A stretch of 64,000 bases of DNA, from assembly GCA_000934665.2 (NCBI GenBank), contig KZ539112.1, forward strand, positions 1 to 64,000, read 5' to 3'. Of this stretch, positions 1 to 10,200 are shown one piece after another. The stretch comes from Catajapyx aquilonaris (Eukaryota). A program made the translations under genes and the position numbers. Under the pieces are notes generated by a model. It was not told the DNA's origin. It saw only the letters and a list, made by a program, of their open reading frames with translations, and made no database searches. Every line of letters starts with the position of its first letter. Within the stretch, counting starts at the first letter, position 1.

Positions 1-675
1 TCCAAACCGGGAATCAACAATTAATGATAGCTATATTGCCTCATCGGCAAAAATTTTTAATATCCAATAATCAACTAATACAATCAATAACAACAACAAC
101 CACACATTATTGTGTGATAATTAAAGTGGTTCGTAATGTGTGTCTATATCTGCAGTTGTAGGCATTTAGGCAAACGAGCCACCTACCCACTGGTGATTAA
201 TACTCATGTTACAGTTCTGCTTCATAGATGGCGCGAATGGTACGACTACCAGGGTAGGACTCCCATGCCATTAGGGAGAAGTGCGCTTTCTGATCAATAG
301 ATGGCGGGTCGGCACTGAAAACTGACTACAAGGGGAGGTGTTTGTTAACATGGTTTATATGCCGCTCAATAGATGGCGACGAGATGTTACAGGTGCGCCT
401 GTACGGTACGGTACTGTACCAGTATTATATGTCATCTGCTCATATTTTTACAGGACTTTGTGCGCGCACTCTTTTTCACGTGATTTAATAATGTTATCGT
501 ACAATAACTATGGAGCCAACGTTATCGTTCATATAAAGACGGAAGTCTCATGTAGTTGCCTGTATAGTTGCTGGAAGTAAAATGGTTCGTATTTTATTGT
601 CGACCAAGCTGACATCACAATGACAATGACTTTCAACAATGGGCCATTGTAATATGCTGTTTGTCCTCTTGGCAG

Positions 676-1101
676 GCTCGGGTGTGGGGCGTGGCATACC
701 ACCTACCTGACAAAGAGCGAGGTTCCATCCTCCAGCAACTGGACTACAGAGAAAAGGGTGGCTATTCACGTTTGAACCTCCTGTTCTACCCAGCCACCGC
801 TGAAAAGGAACAGATAGAGGTTGTAGCCTACGTAGGTGGCGAATGCAACGACATGTTCGCCGGACCAGCCGACGTGTACGAACTGGCAGCCCAAATCATG
901 GAGGCGGTAGGACCTAGTGGATCAAACAGAGAGTACCTGATGCGTCTCAGCGAGGCCATGCGACGACTAGCTTCTGGTCAGGCGGCCAAGGATGAGTCTC
1001 ATGTCTTTCAGGTGGAAGCTGCTTTGTTGAACCTGGAACAGCAGGCTAACCATTGGGTTCCAACTGAATCTGACCTTTCCCATCACCCCACCCATCCCTA
1101 A
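676..1101 (+). CDS. CHAC2: Terminal coding exon of a ChaC-family glutathione-specific gamma-glutamylcyclotransferase (CHAC2-like); earlier exons lie upstream of the window
   Basis: Acceptor ttgtcctcttggcAG at 674-675, then ARVWGVAYHLP...LDYREKGGY...FAGPA...LAAQIMEAVGPSGSNREYL, matching ChaC motifs (VWGVAY, LD[F/Y]REKGGY, GPSG.N.EYL). Stop TAA at 1099-1101. The N-terminal FGYGSL motif is not in the window. Confidence 0.9.
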   Translation, partial: ARVWGVAYHLPDKERGSILQQLDYREKGGYSRLNLLFYPATAEKEQIEVVAYVGGECNDMFAGPADVYELAAQIMEAVGPSGSNREYLMRLSEAMRRLASGQAAKDESHVFQVEAALLNLEQQANHWVPTESDLSHHPTHP

Positions 1102-1120
1102 AGAAATAATGCCGGAAGGA

Positions 1121-1126
1121 AATAAA
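1121..1126 (+). terminator. Putative polyadenylation signal of the ChaC gene
   Basis: AATAAA 20 nt after the stop codon, followed by a GT-rich stretch (tgtgtactgtgtt, ~1141-1153). Confidence 0.55.
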
Positions 1127-1219
1127 AATGACATACAATATGTGTACTGTGTTCAATGTATCCACTTACATAACTTCTACGCACTCTACAGCGACACGAT
1201 GCAGATGCAGGTGGATGCC

Positions 1220-1225
1220 TTTATT
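1220..1225 (-). terminator. Candidate polyadenylation signal of trh
   Basis: First canonical AATAAA I found on the minus strand downstream of the trh stop (TTTATT on +). ATTAAA variants occur earlier (~2086-2091, 1752-1757). Confidence 0.3.
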
Positions 1226-1780
1226 TTAACAACAATAACAAATAATAACAACAATAATGAGAGCTGCAGTGGCGGTCCCATAGATTAGTGGATGCGGAGA
1301 AATCAAAATGGCTAAACTGAATCAACAGTGGTTTAGACCTGGATATAAAAACAAAAAGGAGGGGGGGAGGGTAGGCATAGTGATAGGGGTTTTATATGGA
1401 ATCAGGGGCTCTCGTCTACCACACACGGCCTATTATCATCATTATTATTATTTACTCACAGCAGTGACGCACAACCTTTTTTTCTCTAAATTTCTGGCGA
1501 AAGAGGCCTCTTGAGGGCGTGTCCAACGGTATTCATCCCGTGCACTTTGCTCTGGAGAGGTCAGACATCTATATATTGCAGACCTCGACCAAACGAAGCC
1601 TCTCGCAGTCTCTAACCACGAACGAACAGACCAAGCGAACAACGTTGTCTTTGTCTTTCAAACAATACGCAGGTGTCCGAAAAGTAACGCGTATCCAGCT
1701 TTCGTGTCATTCCAGGTACACTTCTAGCCACCTTCTAAATCCTGTTGTAAATTTAATATTGCACCAAAGTAGGAGGGAAG

Positions 1781-2013
1781 AGCAGTGGTGCAGCGGTACC
1801 GGGTTCAATCCCATGCCCTGACTGTTCGTGCAGAGTTGGGGGTTTACTCCAGCTTCGTTTCAGTCGGAATATCACCAGGGACCATACGCAGCACCACTGT
1901 ACCTCCCTGTCACCCGTTTAGCATTTCGGATGATCTACATTATGCAAGTGTCAAAGGTTCCGTGCCATATGCCCTAGAGAGGACGGTGCACTACCCAAAT
2001 AATATTAAAAAAT
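1781..2013 (+). mobile_element. Degenerate tRNA-derived SINE-like element
   Basis: Pol III A-box-like TGGTGCAGCGG (1786-1796), B-box-like GGTTCAATCCC (1802-1812) with collapsed spacing, a non-tRNA body and an A-rich end (aaataatattaaaaaa). No cloverleaf, so not a tRNA gene. Confidence 0.35.
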
Positions 2014-2731
2014 ATGTCGAAAAACGTAGCACCAAAATTAAAATTAAAGAACAGCGGCTAGTCGCTCATACCACTGTTTTTCTATTTTAATATCGGCGAT
2101 AATTAAATTTACAATCGAATTTTGATAAGAAACCGGAAATGTGCCTGGCCCGCCAGAAAAGCCGGATACGTGGCGGGTCGCCGTAAGTGACGTATTACTC
2201 ACTGCCGTAAGATAAGATTACTTATGAGGCCACCTTCCAATGCACCTGTGCTCCAAGGATACATGAAGATAAAATGCCATCCTTAACTACCTGGCGTGAA
2301 TAATCGATCAGTGCCGGTAACCCGCCAATTCCAACAAAGTTGCGCTTCTTTTGGGACACCCAGTACATAATAACACAATAATAAAAAGGCGCTCACTGCC
2401 ATTTTTTTTTTCCTAACGCATATTTTTTTATGTCACAATGTCCATGAAGAGGCGTCCGTGGCGAAAGGGCGCTGTGAAGCGAACGAGATATAAACTTAAT
2501 CGAGAAGGTATTGCACGAAGGAACGAATGAAGGAGCGGGTGGGGCGAGCGAGCGACACGACACACACACTCACACACACATACAAACACAGACAGACATG
2601 AGAGACAGACAGATAGCGACGTGGTGAGCTTTGGCGGGCGCTTTGAGCAGCTGCACTGGATTGAGCACTGGGTTGCACATGTACCGGTACTGATATGCAC
2701 ACTGCACGACACGGCACATTCTTTTCCGACC

Positions 2732-4225
2732 CTATGAGGCGGAGGAATACCATCCGGCGGCGGCGTTGGGCTTGGAGGGTGCGTGGTACAGATGGAAACC
2801 GGCGGCGGCAGCGGCATGGTAGAACTGCTGTTGTTGCTGCTGTTGGTCAGGTGACGGCGGAGGGGGCGCACCGAAGGCGTCCACTGCTGGGTGGACAGCT
2901 GCAGCGTAGACTTGGGGCTTCAGCGGCAGAGGCTGGGCGGGGATGGTTGTTCCGGCGTTGGATGGGGCGGAAGAAGTGGAAGTGGAGGAAGATGGGGTTG
3001 GAGGTGTTGGAGACGAAGAAGGAGCATCTGAGGGCAAGTATGGGTGGCGATAGGAGGAGGTGGATGATGAGGAGGATGAGGCGTCAGGTGGTGAGACGGA
3101 GGCGGGTGGGGTCATGGATGCGGCGGCCACGGCAGCGACGGCGGCGTGGTAGGAATCCGTGTAGTGAGGATGATGAGTGTGGGTATGGTGTGGGTGCAGG
3201 TGGTGTGGCGGAGGGGGTGGCGGCGGTGGCGGTGGGGGAGGACCGTACGAGGTGGAAGAAAATGCTTGGTGATCAGCTACGGCGGCGACGTAGGCGTCGG
3301 CATCCACGGCCGCTGCCGCTGCGGCTGCTGCGGCGTAGTAAGCGCCCCGTGAAGCCTGAACGTTAGCACGGATGACGCTCTCTCTGTTGGCGTAGAGTTG
3401 CCTCAAGAGGGCAGAAGCCGGGAGAGAGCCGACTGCGGCGTCGTCGTCCTGATCTTGATGTTGTTGCTGTTGCTGCAACTGCTGTTGCTGCTGCTGCTGC
3501 TGTTGCGGTTGTTGCTGTTGACCGGTGCCTATCCATTGTATGGTGGTACGTTGTGCTTGCTGCTGCTGTTGCTGCTGGCTCAGTTGCATGGAGTGGTGGT
3601 GATGCTTCAGAAGAGCATCGGCGCTGAAGTCAGTGGGCTCCTTCAGACTGACAGGAAGGTGTTTGGACATGGCTGTTTCCAAGTCCTTGACAGAAGCAGC
3701 CCCTCCGTCAGTCGCGGCAGCACCAAAGTCGAAGGCGGCGGCACCGACTGGCGTGGTAGGTGTCGTCACGTCTGGGGGTTCAAACGCTCGTTTCCACCTC
3801 GTCGAAGACTCGTCGGAGACATCTTGGGGGTCTCTAGGCGGAGTCAGATCGACCGTGGCATCGCAACTGCCCCCTCCTGCTCCTCCTCCTCCGCCACCAC
3901 CTCCGCTGGCAGCTCCAGGAGTGCTGGTGGTAGGGCTGGTGGCTCCAGAGGGGTCTGCATCCGGTGTTGTGACCATTTGATGCTGCTCGGAGACAGCTGC
4001 CGTTGGGGAGGCGTCGGTGTGCTGGAGGCGTCGCTTCCGGCCCCGAGACGACGATGCCGACGACGAAGATGAAGAAGAGGAGGACGAAGACGACGACGAG
4101 GAAGAGGAGCAGGCCCGTTTGCTGTCTAGGGCGGCGTCGCGGGCGTCGCGGGCCAGTTGCGCTGCGACCGCCAGGCTCTCTGCCGAAGGAGTTTTCAACG
4201 TGCTGCAGTCGAGCACGTCACTCAT
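2732..4225 (-). CDS. trh: trh exon 11 (C-terminal region)
   Basis: Acceptor ctcctcgcctgcAG, 498 codons including TAG. Contains basic NLS-like RGRKRR and the conserved Trh C-terminal motifs separated by homopolymer runs. Confidence 0.92.
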   Translation of the reverse strand: MSDVLDCSTLKTPSAESLAVAAQLARDARDAALDSKRACSSSSSSSSSSSSSSSSSASSSRGRKRRLQHTDASPTAAVSEQHQMVTTPDADPSGATSPTTSTPGAASGGGGGGGGAGGGSCDATVDLTPPRDPQDVSDESSTRWKRAFEPPDVTTPTTPVGAAAFDFGAAATDGGAASVKDLETAMSKHLPVSLKEPTDFSADALLKHHHHSMQLSQQQQQQQAQRTTIQWIGTGQQQQPQQQQQQQQQLQQQQQHQDQDDDAAVGSLPASALLRQLYANRESVIRANVQASRGAYYAAAAAAAAAVDADAYVAAVADHQAFSSTSYGPPPPPPPPPPPPHHLHPHHTHTHHPHYTDSYHAAVAAVAAASMTPPASVSPPDASSSSSSTSSYRHPYLPSDAPSSSPTPPTPSSSTSTSSAPSNAGTTIPAQPLPLKPQVYAAAVHPAVDAFGAPPPPSPDQQQQQQQFYHAAAAAGFHLYHAPSKPNAAAGWYSSAS

Positions 4226-7200
4226 CTGCAGGCGAGGAGACGGAATTGCGCTGCGTCGCGCCGACTCTCTCTCTATCCACACCTCTGCTAATCACTCTCC
4301 TTTCCCTTTCTTACTAGGCACATTATTTATCCTACTTCATTACTGCAACAGCCTTGTACCAAGCCTGATTCAACTGGCTCCAGATATTCCACCCAATGAT
4401 TTTACTGATCGCAACTGATTAAATGTTGTAGTTAAAAATTCTGCAGGCTGTTTACAAGGCCGTTTACTTTTTCCCTCCTGAATATATTGGAGTTGAAGCA
4501 TTATGAAGGAACCAGCATGAGTTGTAATGGATGGGGAGTGATTGAAACCAAGGTTCCGTAATGGAGAGAGGAGTTTGTCATTAAACAATTTTGCCAAAAG
4601 TAGCCCCAAACACATGCTACATACCCATTCGGCTATTCAAATCTCAGTCCCGTTCTGACAGGAGTCATTGCATTAAATAGCCCCTATCCAATGAAGAAAA
4701 GAAGCTGAATTGCCCCGACCTATTGGCAGATCTGTCAAGTGTCTCGAGCCTGCCTTGCAATATCGTGCAGCGCTTTATTGGACTAGTAGGGTGGTTGTTG
4801 TTCCTCATGGCGATGCAAGTGGGTGCATGCAAAGTGATTAGGAAGAATGAAGCGTGATCTCGTGGTGAGGTTTACCTGTGCAGCGTCGTCGGACATGTGG
4901 ACCGAAGAAGAGGAAGGAGGCACCAACGGCGCCAGTCTGCCGTCAGCTCTTCGCCTGTCCGGAGAGTCGTCCCCCTTGGATCCTCCGGATGCCCCATCGT
5001 CCCCGGACGGTCCCTTCCCATCTGCCAACGACACATCACACACTCTGTCTCGTCACTCTCGTTCTTGAAGGGCTGACCTCGCCAGCAGTAGCAGGGCCGA
5101 CTGACCTGAGAGGTCGCGGTCAGGCGAGTGTCCCTCGGAGTCGTCCCCGCTGCTGTCCTCCCTCTTCACGCCCGAAGACGAGGTGGATGAGGTCATCTTG
5201 GCTGTGCTCCCGCAATGGGAATCCCCCAGCTGGCAGCAGTCCATCACTACGTTGTCGTACTCGCGCCGGCTCACCACGTAGTTCACGCAGATGATGCTCT
5301 GCTCCTCGGCATTCTTCGAGTTGCACACCACCGTGGCGCACGTCTGGATCCACGTATAGCCTCCATTTTTGTTCATCACGCGGTAGTACTGGCTCATCAC
5401 TTGTCCCTTGTTGATCACTGCGGAAAGACACAATAATTACCACGTATCTGCTCTGTATACCGGTACCTTGCTTGTCAGAATAGTGATTTGGACGCTCTGT
5501 CATTCCTCAAGCAGACTTTGCATGACATGTCCGAATCACTCTTGGCAAGCCATCAAGTGAACAAGAACAGGCTGAACTCACGGTCGATGTGACACTTCCT
5601 GAGCTTGTTGACGTCCTCTCCGTGGCAGATGGTGTAGAGGTTCTTGCCCGTGAACTCCTCGGCCGTGTAGTCCAGCAGCTCCGACACTCTGCAAGTGCAT
5701 TCAACTCAGATACACAACTCATCTCTATACACTTTTGTATACCCACACGGGTGTGTGGCCAAGCCCAATGAAGCATAGAAAAATTCACAAAGGCGTCGGG
5801 AGATGCCAGGCACCGATATCGTCCTCGCGTGATTGCTGCCATACCGTGTCCAATTGCTACTTGCTGCACACCCTCCCCCTACATTACCTTCCCTGCTGGT
5901 TAAAAGGTGTATCATCGTGCGAGGGTCAGGTATACCCATGCTCAATTGCAGTACGTCATCAACATGTTGTAAGTCTGTAGTTCAACCTGTTTGTAACGGC
6001 AAGTGCTTGCGAATAATTTCCGCGTGGCATTCCTTAGACAGCAGTGTAAAATACTGTCATGATGTACCTGCTGCATCCGGGTTTGGTGTGCTTATAGGCC
6101 TACTTGTAATTAACACGAGATGTGCATAGCAGTATACAGGGTGACTCTAAAGTCTGGACAAATAGGTAATTGGATGGTATCTTAATGATATTACTGTATC
6201 GTTACAAACTCTTGACAAAAGTATAAGGTAATACTACTGTATATTTAAAACTTGTCTATTATCAGTTCATTACTTTGCTATACACATATACATAGCATCG
6301 TGAACTCTGATGGGTGTGCAACTCGGGGAAAAAATTACTTGTCAGAAGCATTTTCAGATAGTGCGTATAGATCAAAGGGAACAAAAGCGGAACGATAACC
6401 TTCAGCCCTAAATGTGTGAGCAATGACAGCGAAACTGCATCAGGCAGCGGTGCGTACACAAGAGGAAATCAATGAGCACCATTGTGCATGACTGATGGCA
6501 TTCAACTTCTTCATACATGGCAAAAAGTCCCACCAACGTCGCGTCGTGACCATTTGAAGATTTCAAGCTAGGTGAGGTGGCACTGAGAATCTCCTCTTGT
6601 ATTATTCATTATGTTCCGCAACACTCACGGAGATGATAGCTGGATACATGCAAGTGTAGTTCCTCTTTTTGTTTTCAGGCTTGTCGTGTGACGCTCACGT
6701 AATCTGTCATAGAATTTCACCAGAGCTACAGAATTCACCAGAGTTCAAAATGCCATGTTTGGGTGTTGTAATACTTGTAAAAATGCACTGTCCGTGACTT
6801 ATATTGCAACTGTACAGTAGTTGTATTTGCAACCATTACGTACAGTATAGGGTGCGTAAAATGTTGCGCGATTGTGTCACTGAAACGCATTTACAAAGAC
6901 AAACCACAAACATAATGATGTGATGGAGAGAAAATTGGCCAATGCACCATCCTTGATGTACAGTATGCCAGTAATAGCAGCATTCGCCAGTTCGCGTTCT
7001 TTTTCAAAAATGTTACAGAGAGATATCAACAAAACCAGGCGTATATCATCTGAGTAGTGAGTTTCAAAGTGATCTACGAATTTCTTGACGGACTGCCACT
7101 GTTTTTCCAAATAATATTCGAATTCGTGACAATTTCTTAATTATTTTTTTCCAAATTTCGGAAAACTGGCATTGACTTCTCGGAACAGAAAAGTGGCCCC

Positions 7201-10200
7201 TTTCCAAAACAATTGGTCACTTGGGAACCAAGACCTCAACTAATACACCACCAGAAACCTGTAAACTCCCTCTGCAATTCCACGCCGACACTGAAAAATG
7301 AGTGGAATACCGCAGGAACCTCAACTTAGCTTCACTGCTGATCACTTCTTCATTCGCACCAGTTCATGCCAGAACAAAACTACACATTTTGCCCCTCTTT
7401 AATACACGAAGACCTAAAATGTAGAGGACACTATGACATTGGAATAATTTTGTGACGAAGCAAATAGCAGTGAGAAGTCCCTGATCTGCCTGAACTCATG
7501 ATACCAACTGTACGCGATAGTGACACTGACCTGGGCTCGCAGTGTGCGACCCGGAAGTCGAAGGTGATCCGCGTGACGAACATGTCGCTCTCCAGGCGTA
7601 TCTCGTGCACGGAGGGCGGAGGCAGTGCGATGGCCAACGCCACCATGCCCAGCAGTGGCGGTGAGGACTTCCGGTTGTGTGAGAAGGTGTACTGCGGTCT
7701 CAGCCGACATAGCACCAGCACCACCTGGATATATAGGGTGGATCACAAATACTTTGCATGTTTTGTTAGGCCTACAAGAATCCCCCCCATGAGTCGACTC
7801 ACTACTTATTAGCTACTCCCCCGTGCTGATTGTTATCCCCCCTACTCCCGGAGTAGATTTAATTAGGCGCAATTAATGCGAGCGGGAGGATCGGGTGCAG
7901 AGAGCGCCATTCGTCACTCTGCTTATCTGCCCCACTCGCAGCCTACGCTTGCCAGGCACCCAAGCAAGCAAAGGCCCAGCCTGGAGAGAATTGGGAAGAA
8001 AAAGGTTGAAAAGTTTGGTACTCACCCTGAATCCCGACGACTTGAAATGGCAACCGCGTTTAGTCAGCGTGGACTTCATTCGTATACAGAAAGCGCGGTC
8101 CATTCCTTTGTACGGTGAGCTGCTACTGATGGACATCACGGCCGCCACTGAAACACACACCATGATTTCAATAGGGTTCACACAGTATGAACAGTATGAA
8201 ACGTACCGTCTGGATTGGCAGTGCCTTGAGATCCGGATGCTCCGGAACCAGTGCCGCTTCCTCCATCTTCGGAAGCTACACTGCTGGGCGAGGCCAGATT
8301 CTGACCCTGGGTCAAACTGAGTCCCAGGTGCTCAGCCAGTTCGGCATGATCCTGGTGATGTATGTAGTCAAACACACTGCTACCCGTCATTTCCACCTGC
8401 AAGGAAACCCCATATACATTCCTGGAAACCGAACTTTTGAGAAGTACGTACCTGTGAGAGTCCTAGGTAGATAGAAACAGTTTCTGAGATGTAAAGGAAG
8501 CGGCCATCTGCTGCCAGGGCAAATGCAAACCCGTCCAAAGACTGGAATTTGAATGAAACAAGGTACTTTGAAGGTTCCGCGTAATGAGGCTGTCTGCATA
8601 AAATATTCGAGTGGTGAACTTACCTGGAGGATGTGAGTGCCTTGGTGCTGCTCAAAGATCTCCATTGCGATGGCCGTCATGGATCGAGGTCGCACAGGTC
8701 CGCCTGCCAAAGAGAAAAAGGAGCTCAAACTCCGGCCTCTCATTACTAGGCGCTCAACAGACGACCACTTCTGCCCCCCCACCTCCTCCCTGGAGGCTAT
8801 TGTAGCCAAAATTTATGGCCCCTTTTGACAAATTCGAAGCTTCGCGCCAGATTGCTGCACGGGAGGGGACTATTGGGGCGACCCCCTCGAGAGAAATGCC
8901 GACAACTTCTCTTCCCGCCGTCCCAAACACGGGAGATAAGTCCGGAAAACCCGGATCAATTGCCTCCCTAACATTTTCCAAGAATATTATTGAAGCAATC
9001 AGTTCTTGGTATCAGATTGACTGATAAGTTGCAGGCTCCCATGCTGCCGTCCCAAGGAGAAACACCATATCCTCAAAACTAACTCGCCGAATCGCATAAG
9101 TGTGAACCTTTTCTGGATATCCATACGCCGATAGTAGTGCCCACCATGACTCTTCCCACAACAAAATGTGCAGTTTGTGTAGCGCTGCAGCCATGATAAT
9201 TAGCCATTCGAATTACATGTACCAGCACTGTTTCTTCGAGAAAGCCAGACTAATTTTGCGGCGGTTCGCCCCCTCGGCGTATGTATACCCGAAAAGGTTC
9301 GGACTTATGCGAATCGGAGAGTAGCCGGTCGCGTGCATGCCCTGGCCCAGAGGCAGTGTACGCGACCTTCACTAGTTTTGGAGATAGGATGTTTCTCCTT
9401 GGGACGTTAGCAGCATTGCATAATGGATCAAAGGATTTGCAGCGCAGTGATTTGAATGCGTGAATGTAAAAGCATCTTCAATACAATCAAGCCGTTCCTT
9501 TGAGTATACAGAACGCAGATAACAAGTGCCGAGACAGACGGAACTAATCCTCTATAGGTCAGCATCAAGCAAGCAAGCAAGCAAGCCAAGCAAGCAAGCT
9601 CAGGCAAGCAGGCAGAGTCTAGGCAAGTGATTCGGGCCACGCGCGTGTCAGCCTGCCCGCTAACAACAGGACGAAATGCCGGCGGAACAGGCCCAGAATC
9701 CTGATGAGGTACCCAACTCTTGCTGATTGTGGGCCTTCCTCTACCTATACACCCCCCCCCCCCACCCACCCACATACTCCCCCCTTCTAACCCCCTCTCT
9801 TCCTTCCCTTGCCGTTATGAGATTTGCGCGTGTTAGCAGCAGCAGGAGCCAAACGCCGCCGGAATCCGGACGAGCCTTCCTGCCCTGCGCCCGGAATTCC
9901 AACAGGAGAAATAAATATCCGGAGGCCCAGGCCACCAGGGGAGAAAGGTATAGAAGGAGACGGGTCTGCAGGAAAAAGACAGGGCACACACACACACAAA
10001 AAAAGGGCCTGGTTTCTCATATAGCTCCGACTTCCTTCATTTCCCCGGTTTAGGCACCGTCCGGGACAGTCCCGGACAATTTTCCCATTTTTCCCCAAGG
10101 AGACATTACTAACCCGACACAATCAGTGGGGGGCGAGGGGCAAGTGATTTGTTAAAAGCCCTTTCGTGACCCGCTTGTTTATTGGACTTTTGATGAAACT

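Noticed and set aside
224..378. CRISPR-like periodicity of the three ATAGATGGCG motifs
   Set aside because: The repeat is only 10-13 bp, has three copies and lies in a eukaryotic intron; kept as a binding-site cluster instead.
2695..4418. Long + strand ORFs (223, 224, 133 aa and others) over the last trh exon
   Set aside because: Antisense shadows of a GC-rich, triplet-repeat coding exon; low-complexity translations with no recognisable domain.
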